64,000 nucleotides of DNA from Thiovulum sp. ES (GTDB taxonomy: Bacteria > Campylobacterota > Campylobacteria > Campylobacterales > Thiovulaceae). Where the stretch lies: assembly GCA_000276965.1 (NCBI GenBank), contig AKKQ01000002.1, forward strand, positions 1,537 to 65,536. Direction: 5' to 3'. A program made the translations under genes and the position numbers. Numbering within the stretch: the first letter of the stretch is position 1; each line of letters opens with the position of its first letter. The notes below the pieces were generated by a model, which was given only the letters and a program-made list of their open reading frames with translations, had not been told where the DNA came from and searched no databases. This document shows, piece by piece, positions 9,876 to 19,093 of the stretch.

Positions 9876-9893
9876 TTCCCGTAGAAACGGGAA
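9876..9893. terminator. Bidirectional hairpin between murC and the cyclase gene (TTCCCGT-agaa-ACGGGAA)
   Basis: Perfect 7-bp stem located between convergent stop codons (9871 and 9902). Confidence 0.6.
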
Positions 9894-9901
9894 TCTGGGT
9901 T

Positions 9902-12136
9902 TTAACCTTTTGTTGTATGTTTAAATACACCGTCAAAGTCTTCAGGTGGAACTTCAATGTAATGCTCACATCTTTCAATATACATGTTATAAACATTCAC
10001 ATTTGTTTTATCTTCCCAAGAATTTACATCTTTGAAAACTTCAAGAGCTTCAGAAAATTTTGCATTTTTGTAAAGATCGATTGCATGATGATATTGATCT
10101 AATTCTTCTTGTAATCTTTCTCGAGAAACACCAAACATATACTTACCTTTTCCATCTAAACCACCTTCAAAATCGTGAATTTGCCAAATTTCAATAGGTT
10201 CGCTTTTTCCTTTAACAGTAACTAAATCAAGGAAACGATAAATATATTTATTATCATCTAATCGTTCTTTTGTGAAGTTTGAAATATTACATTTTGAGTT
10301 ATAGTATTTACAAAGAGATTCAAGTCTTGCACCGAGGTTAATTGGGTCTCCAATTGCCGTATAGTCGCTTCGTCCAGATGAACCCATTTCACCTACAACA
10401 GCTTCACCAGTATTTAGACCAATACCAATTTCAATTGGATCTTTCCCCATTCCTGCTGCCATTTTACAAGTCGCTATAAATCGAGGGTCTTGTTTGATTT
10501 TTTCATTAATCCAATCACAAGCATGAAGTTGTTCTAATGTTGCAACAACGGCTTTATCAACATGATTTTCTACATCAACTGGAGCATTCCAATAAGCCAT
10601 GATTGCATCACCAATAAATTTATCAACAGTTCCTTCATATTTCATAATGATTTCAGTCATTGGATCCATGTATTCATTTAGGAACTCAATCAGTGTTTTT
10701 GCATCTGGCATTGACTCAGAAATATTTGTAAAGTTACGGACATCAGAGAACATAACCGTAATTTCTCTACTATGCCCAACCATAATATTTCCATCAGGAT
10801 TATTAATGAGGTCTTCCATAACAGCAGGTGAAACTTTTGCTGCAAATTTTCCCTTAATCAATTTCTTTTGATTCTGCTCAAGGAAAAGATTTATAATCAT
10901 CAATACAACAGTTGTTACACCAATTGCAATAAATGGGAACATTGCACTAATCATAATTCCTTCTTCAAACATTTGTCTATAAATCTCATAGGCTGTTCCA
11001 AGAACTATAAAAGGCAAAATAATAAGAACATAATTCGCAGGAACTAGAATAAATAGAGTGCTTAAAACTAGAATTAGTACAAACATTGCAATAACATCAA
11101 AACCTTCAACCCAACTTGGCTTATAAAGAAAATCACCTGCCATTAAGTTGTCAATTGCAGTTGCATGAGTCTCAACTCCAGGATAGACACTATCGAGAGG
11201 AGTGATCCGAATATCAAGAAGTCCCGCTGCTGAAGTACCAACTAAACAAATTGCACCTTGCATTTTTTCTTTGTCAAAATCTCCATTGTAAATATCTAAT
11301 ATTGAGATATATTCAAAAGTTCTTCCTGGACCTCGGAAGTTTAAAGTGAGTCTTCCATATCTATCTGTTGGAATAAACTTTTCACCAACTGTTAAACCAG
11401 CGATTCCGTTTACATTGTAATGAATTCCAACCTCTTCAGCTTGATTTACAAGTCTATACATCTCAAGAGCAAGAGATGAGAAAATTTCATCATCATACTT
11501 TATAACAAGTGGAACAGTTCGGATAACTCCAGATTGATCTGGTGTATTGTTGAAAAATCCACTTGTGTAAGAGTTCTCTTGAATTGTTGGAATATTTAAA
11601 ATAATATCTTGAGAAGTGATCATAAAATCATTACTTTCATCAACACCTTCCTCGATAAAAGTTGCAGGAATCATTGGAACATCTTTTAACTGAAACTCTT
11701 TCTCATTTAAATTAAATGTGTAGCCGAGAACAGTTGGAGTTTGTGCGACAACATTTCCAAAGACCTCATCGTAATTTGCAAAGTTTCCATCGATACCAAA
11801 CTTTTCGGCAAATTTATGCGGAGAAGTTCGGTCTTCTTCTGGAAACATAACATCGAGTCCGACAACAGCAATTCCTGCTTCAGTAAGTTTTTGAAGAACT
11901 TCGGCAAGAATAGTTCGTTCCCAAGGATATTGCCCAAAATGGTCTAAACTCTGCTCATCAATGTCAATAATGTAAATCGGGTTTTTTGGATCAACCGTTC
12001 CCCGATATGTGAAGAATAAATCTTTAACTTTGTTTTCAAATGGTGTGTGATATTGCGGAAAAAGGATGTAAGTCCCAATCACAAGAACACTAATCCCAAA
12101 TGTAAAAGCGATAATACGAAGAAGTTTTCCTAGCAT
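9902..12136 (-). CDS. CHASE2-domain membrane sensor fused to a class III adenylate/guanylate cyclase
   Basis: N-terminal TM, a ~330-aa extracytoplasmic region, then three TM helices. The cyclase core follows: VMFSDVRNFT, VDKFIGDAIMAYW, GLNTGEAVVGEMGS, DYTAIGDPINLGARLES. The Lys in DKFIGD suggests ATP specificity. There is a ~110-aa helical C-terminal tail. Confidence 0.85.
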   Translation of the reverse strand: MLGKLLRIIAFTFGISVLVIGTYILFPQYHTPFENKVKDLFFTYRGTVDPKNPIYIIDIDEQSLDHFGQYPWERTILAEVLQKLTEAGIAVVGLDVMFPEEDRTSPHKFAEKFGIDGNFANYDEVFGNVVAQTPTVLGYTFNLNEKEFQLKDVPMIPATFIEEGVDESNDFMITSQDIILNIPTIQENSYTSGFFNNTPDQSGVIRTVPLVIKYDDEIFSSLALEMYRLVNQAEEVGIHYNVNGIAGLTVGEKFIPTDRYGRLTLNFRGPGRTFEYISILDIYNGDFDKEKMQGAICLVGTSAAGLLDIRITPLDSVYPGVETHATAIDNLMAGDFLYKPSWVEGFDVIAMFVLILVLSTLFILVPANYVLIILPFIVLGTAYEIYRQMFEEGIMISAMFPFIAIGVTTVVLMIINLFLEQNQKKLIKGKFAAKVSPAVMEDLINNPDGNIMVGHSREITVMFSDVRNFTNISESMPDAKTLIEFLNEYMDPMTEIIMKYEGTVDKFIGDAIMAYWNAPVDVENHVDKAVVATLEQLHACDWINEKIKQDPRFIATCKMAAGMGKDPIEIGIGLNTGEAVVGEMGSSGRSDYTAIGDPINLGARLESLCKYYNSKCNISNFTKERLDDNKYIYRFLDLVTVKGKSEPIEIWQIHDFEGGLDGKGKYMFGVSRERLQEELDQYHHAIDLYKNAKFSEALEVFKDVNSWEDKTNVNVYNMYIERCEHYIEVPPEDFDGVFKHTTKG

Positions 12137-12206
12137 TTAAGCTTCCTATAATTAGTTTTGGAAATTCTAACAAATTAGAAAAACTTTTAAGATTGAAAGG
12201 ATTGAT

Positions 12207-12677
12207 TTGGGAAAAAGAGTTTTAGGCATTGACCCTGGAACAATAAAAAGTGGATTTGGAATTGTTGAGTTTCAAACTGGGAAATATATTCCAATTGACG
12301 GCGGGTTAATTCGTTTCTCATCAACTGACTTACAAATAATTTTAGTTGAAATGGCAAATGAACTTGACTCCATTTTAGAAAAAAACAGTATTGATGAGGT
12401 CGCAATTGAAACAGTTTTTTTTGCTAAAAATCCAAAATCTATTATTAAACTATCTCAATTTCGTGGTGCTTTACTCCTCTATTTTCTGCAAAAAGGTTTC
12501 AAAATTTGGGAATATTCTCCGCTTGAAATCAAGCAATCTGTAACAGGAAATGGAAAAGCAACAAAAGAGCAAGTAAATTTTATGGTAAAAAAACTTTTGG
12601 GAATTCATGGAGAAATGAAGCCCTTTGATATTAGTGATTCTTTTGCGGTCGCAATTACACAAATTCAGAGAGGTTGA
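12207..12677 (+). CDS. ruvC: Holliday junction resolvase RuvC
   Basis: N-terminus (M)GKRVLGIDPGTIKSGFGIVE and a C-terminal DISDSFAVAI acidic motif. TTG start with GAAAGGA RBS. Confidence 0.9.
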   Translation: MGKRVLGIDPGTIKSGFGIVEFQTGKYIPIDGGLIRFSSTDLQIILVEMANELDSILEKNSIDEVAIETVFFAKNPKSIIKLSQFRGALLLYFLQKGFKIWEYSPLEIKQSVTGNGKATKEQVNFMVKKLLGIHGEMKPFDISDSFAVAITQIQRG

Positions 12678-12682
12678 GTTTA

Positions 12683-12708
12683 TCGGGGAGATTTCCCCCG
12701 AATTTTTT
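12683..12708 (+). terminator. Rho-independent terminator after ruvC (TCGGGG-agatttc-CCCCGA + T-run)
   Basis: A G/C stem followed by ATTTTTT. It lies immediately after the ruvC stop and abuts the convergent transporter stop. Confidence 0.75.
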
Positions 12709-14059
12709 AGTGAGCAGGAGTTCCTGTTGCACCAGCGACAGCATGTGGCATATACAAGTGGAGAACTTCAAATTGAAGATACCAAACAGAAACACTAACG
12801 ATATAACCAATAGCGACTGTCCAAGCATATTTCATATGTGATCCAAAAGTATAAATTCCGTGCATTCTTCCCATTACACCAACACCCGCAGCAGAACCGA
12901 ATGAAATTAAACTTCCACCAACTCCAGCAGTAAGTGTAACAAGCATCCATTGATCAAGACCAATCTCAGGATTTGCTTTTAGAACAGCACTCATAACAGG
13001 AACATTATCAACAATTGCAGAAAGAACACCAACACCAATATTTACCGCAGTTGGCGAATACATGTCATAAAGTTGAACCGCCAAGTTTAGGAATCCAAGG
13101 AAGTGTAAAGCACCAACAGCACCAAGAATACCAACAAAGAAAATCAGTGTGTTGTGTTCAATTTTAGAGATTGCATGGAAAATATCTGGAGAGTTCGCCT
13201 CTTTTGAAACCTCTTTAAGTGAATAAGAGTAGAGTTTAAGAATTGAAAGACCAAATAGCATTCCCCACATTGGAGGTAAGTGGAAAAGTTGTTTTCCAAG
13301 AACAGCAGTAGCGATTGTGAATACACCTAAATAGATAATTTTCTTTCCACCAGGTAGGATTGTTGGAATTTCTTCATTACCAAGTGGTTTTGGTTTCTCT
13401 TGAGGAACAAATTTAGAGAGAATAAATGCAGTAGCTAACCAACCAAGAATTGAAGCAGGGAATAGGAACATGAAATCTACAAAAGCACCTTTTCCAGCAG
13501 TCCAAGCCATAAGAGTTGTAATATCACCAAATGGCGACCAAGCTCCACCAGCATTTGCAGCAACTACGATATTAATTGCACCTGGAACAAGGAAATCTTT
13601 TCTCTCTTTTTCAAGTGTAATAAGAACAGTTGAAAGAATTAGAGCAGTTGTTAAATTGTCTGCAACTGGAGATAGGAAGAAAGCGATAAAACCTGTTACC
13701 CAAAATAGTTGTCGATAAGTGTAACCTTTTGAGATAAGATTATGTTTTAAAACATCAAAAACTTTTCTATCAACAAGAGCTTCGATAAATGTCATTGCAA
13801 CATACAGGAAGAAGAAAATTTCCGCAATTTCTAAAATTAGATGATCGATTTCATGTTCAAGTGGTCCCATTGAATAACCGTTGAAATGGTAATAGAAACC
13901 GATAAAGATGAACATACTTGTTCCTAAAAATAGAGCGGGTTTGGCTTTGTCAATCTTAAATTGCTCTTCTGTTGCGATAAAGAAATATCCAACAACAAAA
14001 AAACCTAGCATTATAAAGCCAAAGGCAGTGGTTGATAAATCTACCCATTCTGAAGACAT
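12707..14059 (-). CDS. NhaD/ArsB-superfamily ion transporter (Na+/H+ antiporter NhaD-like)
   Basis: 450 aa with about 12 hydrophobic helices. Segments such as NIVVAANAGGAWSPFGDITTLMAW and VLSAIVDNVPVM resemble NhaD-type antiporters. Assignment is from memory of the family, not from a search. Confidence 0.65.
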   Translation of the reverse strand: MSSEWVDLSTTAFGFIMLGFFVVGYFFIATEEQFKIDKAKPALFLGTSMFIFIGFYYHFNGYSMGPLEHEIDHLILEIAEIFFFLYVAMTFIEALVDRKVFDVLKHNLISKGYTYRQLFWVTGFIAFFLSPVADNLTTALILSTVLITLEKERKDFLVPGAINIVVAANAGGAWSPFGDITTLMAWTAGKGAFVDFMFLFPASILGWLATAFILSKFVPQEKPKPLGNEEIPTILPGGKKIIYLGVFTIATAVLGKQLFHLPPMWGMLFGLSILKLYSYSLKEVSKEANSPDIFHAISKIEHNTLIFFVGILGAVGALHFLGFLNLAVQLYDMYSPTAVNIGVGVLSAIVDNVPVMSAVLKANPEIGLDQWMLVTLTAGVGGSLISFGSAAGVGVMGRMHGIYTFGSHMKYAWTVAIGYIVSVSVWYLQFEVLHLYMPHAVAGATGTPAH

Positions 14060-14177
14060 ACAGAACCTTTTTAAATGTTATTTACATTATTTTAACATTA
14101 AATATTTAAGAGTAGATTTTAAAACTGAAATTTATGAAAATGTTAAAATTATTAAAAATTAAAAAAAAGGAATATAT

Positions 14178-15797
14178 ATGATAAAAATACTTTTAATATT
14201 GTTAGTATTGACAAATTCAATTTTTGCGGTAACTTGTATGCAGCTAAAAAAACCAGAATTTGATAAAAGCAGAGCACTATATTCTGTCATAGAAAACACA
14301 CCCGCTTCTTTAGATTCAAATATTTCATCAGACGACAAAAACACCTATTTTTACTCTGATCATTTTCGAGTAATAATTGGGAACTCCTATGCAAGTTCTG
14401 TTTTAGAAAAAGAGAGAATAGAGAGAGTTTTAAGTTATGCGGAATCTTCTTGGGAAAAAGAGATTGAAAATATTGGATTTCAACAACCATACAATTCTGA
14501 AAAATATTTTTTAGATATTTATATGGGGAACAAGTCGGCATATAATTTTGCGGAGAGTAAATATGTCTCTATTTCATCAAGCTATGCGGGATTTGCAACA
14601 TATTATAGCGATGGAACACCCTATTTTATTTTAAATCCATCAATTGAAGATTCTGTAATTCAGGCAACAATTGCACACGAATTTTTTCACACAATTCAAT
14701 ACAGCTATTTTGACGGAGATGCAATGAGCGATGAGGTCTGGTATGCGAATATTTGGTTTCTCGAGGCAACTGCGGTTTTAATGGAAGATGAAGTTTTTCC
14801 TGACAACAACGACTACATCAGATTTGTGGATAATTACAAAAATTACATTTACAAAAGTCTTGAGTATTACAATGGTTCAGCAGAGTATGGAAAGGTTTTA
14901 CTTTTCAAATTTCTGAAAGAGAAATATGAGAACTTTGATGTGATTTTCACTGCTTTACAGGAAATTGATGAAGAGACAAAATTTTTAGAAGTTTTGGAAA
15001 ACAATATTTCAAATTTTCACACGGACTTGCTTGAATTTGGAAAGTGGATTTTAGATCCTGAAAATCATTTTGAAGATGGTGATTTATACGATTCTGCAAT
15101 TCCTTCGACCTCATCGCTTTCTGCAACTACTGTTGGTCATCTTGGGTTTCAATTTATTAAAGACAGCGGAGAATATTACAACTCGTCAAATCCGCAATAT
15201 TTACAAAGTTCATTTTCTGGTGAAAGCGAAAAAGTCGAAAATCTTGAAAACGGAATTATAATTTTAAATACTTCTGGCGAAAATCTTGACACTTCTGTTC
15301 TCTCAAAAAACAAGAAAACTTCTCTCGATTTAAAAACTGGTTGGAATATGATTGCAAATCCTTATAAAGAGACAATTTCTCTTTATGACGAATTCAATAA
15401 TTCACTCGTTTGGATTTTCAGAAATAATGAATATTTAGCATTTTCAGAAATCAAAGATTATAAAAGAGTTTTAGAAGCCCAAAATATTTTTATAGATGAA
15501 CTGCTTTCTGGTGAAGGTGCTTGGGTTTATATTGAAAATGATGAAAGTATAAATTTATTTGGTGAAAATATATTAAAATTTGATGAATTGGAAATTGACG
15601 AAAATTGGAAACTTACAAATATTTCAGGTTCAACCTTTAACACTAATTTCTTGCCGAAAGATGTAACTATCTTTTATTTTGATAACTCTTTAAACAATTA
15701 TCGAATTTTACAAAATGGAGCAAAGGTTGAAAATTTTGAAAAAGTAGATGAAATCTCTGTTGGCAGTGGCTATTTTATTAAGAAAACAGGAGAATAA
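14178..15797 (+). CDS. Secreted protein (possible lipoprotein) with an HExxH metallopeptidase-like motif
   Basis: Signal peptide MIKILLILLVLTNSIFAVTC. Carries IAHEFFHTIQ plus a downstream WFLEATA (candidate third ligand Glu). The ~250-aa C-terminal region is unassigned. Confidence 0.5.
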   Translation: MIKILLILLVLTNSIFAVTCMQLKKPEFDKSRALYSVIENTPASLDSNISSDDKNTYFYSDHFRVIIGNSYASSVLEKERIERVLSYAESSWEKEIENIGFQQPYNSEKYFLDIYMGNKSAYNFAESKYVSISSSYAGFATYYSDGTPYFILNPSIEDSVIQATIAHEFFHTIQYSYFDGDAMSDEVWYANIWFLEATAVLMEDEVFPDNNDYIRFVDNYKNYIYKSLEYYNGSAEYGKVLLFKFLKEKYENFDVIFTALQEIDEETKFLEVLENNISNFHTDLLEFGKWILDPENHFEDGDLYDSAIPSTSSLSATTVGHLGFQFIKDSGEYYNSSNPQYLQSSFSGESEKVENLENGIIILNTSGENLDTSVLSKNKKTSLDLKTGWNMIANPYKETISLYDEFNNSLVWIFRNNEYLAFSEIKDYKRVLEAQNIFIDELLSGEGAWVYIENDESINLFGENILKFDELEIDENWKLTNISGSTFNTNFLPKDVTIFYFDNSLNNYRILQNGAKVENFEKVDEISVGSGYFIKKTGE

Positions 15798-15804
15798 GAA
15801 AAAA

Positions 15805-17097
15805 TTGAACAATACAATTTATATTGCTGATGATGACAAAAATTTATTAAATTTATACTCATCAATCTTTGATTCTGAAGAGGATGAATTAGATTTTTTT
15901 TCAGATGAAGAATCGAGCGATGAAAAATTTTCTATCAAACTCTTTGAAGACGGATTTTTTCTCGTAGATGAGTTTAAAAAAATATATGAAAAAGGGGAAG
16001 AAATTCCTCTTGTTATTCTTGATATGCGAATGCCTCAAATGAATGGTTTTGAAACAGCAAAAAGAGTTCGAGAAATTGATAAAAATACAATCGTAATAAT
16101 TATTACAGCTTATCACGAACTCTCAATTTCAGAAATTCGTTCGGAACTAAAAACTGGAATCTATTATTTCAAAAAACCTTTCAATGAAGATGAACTCTAT
16201 TCTCTTGTTGATTCCGCTTTAAAGCAGTGGAATAATTTTAAAGAGTTAGCTGAATTAAAAAATAATTTAGAATTAAAAGTTGAGGAACGAACAAAAGAGC
16301 TTAAGAAATCGAAAAAGTTAATTGAAAAAGCCCATCAAAATATAAAAGATAGTATAAATTATGCTTCAATTATTCAGAAATTGATTCTTCCAAACAAAAC
16401 TATTTTAAGTGAGTATTTTTCTGAAAACTTTATTTTTTGGAAACCAAAAGATATTGTTGGCGGTGATATATATTTTATAGTTGAGTTGGATAGCAAAGAA
16501 GAAGTTATTGTTATGGTTTTGGATGGTGCTGGACACGGAGTTTCAGGAGCTTTTTTAACAATGCTTGTTAAGGCGATTGAAAATCAAATTGTTGCAGAGA
16601 TAAATAGTGGTTTTTTAGAACCGAGTCCTGCAAAAATTTTAGAAGAGTTTAATATAAGTTTAAAAACTATTCTGGAAGAGGGAAAATCTAAAATCGCCTC
16701 TATCGGTTTTGACGGTGCTGTTTTATACTACAATAAATCTACAAATAAGTGTCTCTTTGCAGGTGCTAAATCGGACCTCATCATTGTTGATAAAAATGGT
16801 ATGTGTGTGATAAATTCAGACCGAAAAAATGTCGGTTTTCCGCGAATTAAAATAGATCAAAAATATACAGATCAAGAAATTGAGGTTGAAAAAGGAATTA
16901 AGATGTATCTTTTCACGGATGGAATTGTTGATCAAATTGGAAAAAATGGTAAATTTGGCAAGAGCCAACTCTTCTCTATTCTCTCAAAAAAATGGAGTTT
17001 AGATGAGGTAGGAGAAAAAGTTGAGAGAGCTTTTTTTAAACATAAATCTGATTTTGAACAAAATGACGATGTAACTATTTTAGGAATTGAGTTTTAA
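15805..17097 (+). CDS. Response-regulator receiver fused to a PP2C/SpoIIE-type Ser/Thr phosphatase
   Basis: REC motifs: ADDDKN acidic pocket, VILDMRMP phospho-acceptor Asp, IIITAY, KKPF. A coiled-coil linker follows, then PP2C metal-binding motifs VGGDIYF, LDGAGHG, FTDGIVDQ and NDDVTILG. I moved the start to TTG 15805 by alignment with the paralogue at 17126; the ORF track starts at 15748. Confidence 0.8.
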   Translation: MNNTIYIADDDKNLLNLYSSIFDSEEDELDFFSDEESSDEKFSIKLFEDGFFLVDEFKKIYEKGEEIPLVILDMRMPQMNGFETAKRVREIDKNTIVIIITAYHELSISEIRSELKTGIYYFKKPFNEDELYSLVDSALKQWNNFKELAELKNNLELKVEERTKELKKSKKLIEKAHQNIKDSINYASIIQKLILPNKTILSEYFSENFIFWKPKDIVGGDIYFIVELDSKEEVIVMVLDGAGHGVSGAFLTMLVKAIENQIVAEINSGFLEPSPAKILEEFNISLKTILEEGKSKIASIGFDGAVLYYNKSTNKCLFAGAKSDLIIVDKNGMCVINSDRKNVGFPRIKIDQKYTDQEIEVEKGIKMYLFTDGIVDQIGKNGKFGKSQLFSILSKKWSLDEVGEKVERAFFKHKSDFEQNDDVTILGIEF

Positions 17098-17125
17098 ATC
17101 TATCAGAAAAAAATAAAGGAAAAAA

Positions 17126-18361
17126 ATGAACAATATAATCTATATTGCAGACGATGACAAAAATTTACTAAATCTCTACTCTTCTATTTTCAGTTCAGAA
17201 GAGAGCGATGAACTAGATTTTTTCTCAGATGAAACAGATAGTGAAGAGTTTTCTATCAAACTTTTTGAAGATGGATATTTTCTTGTAGAAGAGTTTGAAA
17301 AAGCCTATCAGCGAGGTGAAAAAATTCCAATTGTTATTCTTGATATGCGAATGCCTAAAATGAGTGGTTTTGAAACTGCTAAAAAAGTTCGTGATATTGA
17401 TGAAAATGTGATTGTTATTATCATTACTGCTTATTCGGATGTCTCAATGTCAGAAATCCGTTTTCAATTAAAAAATGGAATATACTATTTCAAAAAACCT
17501 TTTAATGAAGATGAGCTATATTCTCTTGTTGATTCAGCTCTAAAACAATGGAATCATTTGCAGGAAATTATTCAGTTAAAAGATGCACTTAACAAAAATA
17601 ATATATTTCTTGAAGATAGGGTAAAAGAGGAAGTTGAGAAGAGTCGAGACAAAGATAGAATTATTGCACGACAACAGAGACTCTCTTATATTGGTGAAGT
17701 TCTTTCAAGTGTTGCTCACCATTGGAGACAACCATTAAATCAGCTCACTCTCCTTATTGAAGATTTAAATGATGGCTATAAATATGGTGATTTAAATCAA
17801 GAATATTTTGAGAAAAACAGTGAAGATATGGTTAAAATTGTAAATTACATGTCAAAAACAATTGATAATTTTAGGGACTTTTTTGCACCAAATGAACAAG
17901 AGACAATATTTCCTGTTGCGGAAGCGATTGAAAATGCTTTAGAACTCTACGATTTATCAATCAAGCATGACTCAATAAATATTGAACTTGATGTTGATTC
18001 AAATTTAAAAATCAAGGGTTTTGTCAATGAATTTAGCAGGGTTGTTGTTTCACTTGTTGAAAATTCGCATGATGCAATTTTGAGAAACAATATTGAGTTA
18101 CCAAAAATCAAAATTTCTGTAACTCAAAAAAACGATCTTGTCAATGTGAAAATTATCGATAATGCTGGAGGTGTCTCCGAAGAATTTATTGAAAAAGTTT
18201 TTGATCCATATTCGACTATTAAAAATCAGACAAAAGGAACAGGTCTCGGTCTATTCTTTTGTAAAGTTGTTGTTGAGAGTCATATGAATGGAAATATTGG
18301 AATAGAAAATTTTGAAAACGGTATCGCGGTAGAAATGAGTTTTATGGAGCAGAAAGATTGA
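17126..18361 (+). CDS. Soluble hybrid histidine kinase: receiver + HisKA-like + HATPase
   Basis: The N-terminal ~145 aa are a close paralogue of the preceding gene's receiver. H-box SSVAHHWRQPLNQL; ATPase motifs NSHDA (N-box), DNAGG and GTGLGL. No TM segment. Confidence 0.8.
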   Translation: MNNIIYIADDDKNLLNLYSSIFSSEESDELDFFSDETDSEEFSIKLFEDGYFLVEEFEKAYQRGEKIPIVILDMRMPKMSGFETAKKVRDIDENVIVIIITAYSDVSMSEIRFQLKNGIYYFKKPFNEDELYSLVDSALKQWNHLQEIIQLKDALNKNNIFLEDRVKEEVEKSRDKDRIIARQQRLSYIGEVLSSVAHHWRQPLNQLTLLIEDLNDGYKYGDLNQEYFEKNSEDMVKIVNYMSKTIDNFRDFFAPNEQETIFPVAEAIENALELYDLSIKHDSINIELDVDSNLKIKGFVNEFSRVVVSLVENSHDAILRNNIELPKIKISVTQKNDLVNVKIIDNAGGVSEEFIEKVFDPYSTIKNQTKGTGLGLFFCKVVVESHMNGNIGIENFENGIAVEMSFMEQKD

Positions 18362-18714
18362 AAAAAAGTGAGCAAAAGATAAAAGTTGAAAGAACAGAGG
18401 CGATTCTTTTGGAACTAATTCCAGAAGCAATTTCAACTCTCTCAGATGACAGAATAAGCGGTTTGGCTGTTGTTGATGTTGTATGTTCTCGAGGTCGAGA
18501 CGATGCAAAAGTGTATTTAGACAGTGCATTTGTCGAAGAGAATGAAAAAGGGAGGATTGTTTCACAACTCTCAAAAGCTCGTGGAGTAATTGAGAGATAT
18601 TGTGCAAGTGAGCAAGGGTGGTTTAAATCACCAAAACTCTCTTTTGAGTTTGATACTCTTCTTCAAAAAGAGAGCAAAATAGAAGAACTATTTAAAAAAA
18701 TCCAAAAAGATTAA
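18358..18714 (+). CDS. rbfA: Ribosome-binding factor A
   Basis: 118 aa. [44 protein letters not shown] matches the RbfA pattern. The TTG start overlaps the kinase stop (TTGA). Confidence 0.75.
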   Translation: MKKSEQKIKVERTEAILLELIPEAISTLSDDRISGLAVVDVVCSRGRDDAKVYLDSAFVEENEKGRIVSQLSKARGVIERYCASEQGWFKSPKLSFEFDTLLQKESKIEELFKKIQKD

Positions 18715-18986
18715 ATATTATCTCTGATACCTAAATCAGCAACAAGTTTGTTATAACTCTCTCTGTTGCTCTTTTTAAGGTATCTCATAAGTCTTTTTCT
18801 TTTACCAACAAGTTTTAATAAACCAAGTCTTGAAGAGTGATCTTTATGATTATCTTTTAAGTGTTCTGTAAGTTGAGAAATTCTCTTTGAAAAAATTGCG
18901 ATTTGAACTTCTGGAGAACCCGTATCACCATTTTGTCTAGCAAATTCAGAGATAATTTGACTCTTTTGTTCCAATTCTAAAGCCAT
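18711..18986 (-). CDS. rpsO: 30S ribosomal protein S15
   Basis: The 91-aa sequence contains [52 protein letters not shown] lies upstream. Confidence 0.95.
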   Translation of the reverse strand: MALELEQKSQIISEFARQNGDTGSPEVQIAIFSKRISQLTEHLKDNHKDHSSRLGLLKLVGKRKRLMRYLKKSNRESYNKLVADLGIRDNI

Positions 18987-19093
18987 TGCTGACCTCCTTA
19001 ACGGTTTTTAATTTAAAGTTTGTTATTTTATCAAAAAAAACTGATATAAATATTATTCTTTTTTGATAGTATATTTACAAAAAAAGATAAGTT

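Noticed and set aside
19029-19068. A 10-bp inverted repeat TATCAAAAAA...TTTTTTGATA in the rpsO/sbcD divergent spacer as an operator.
   Set aside because: It is composed almost entirely of A/T homopolymer runs in an AT-rich spacer, so chance occurrence is likely. There is no supporting second copy.
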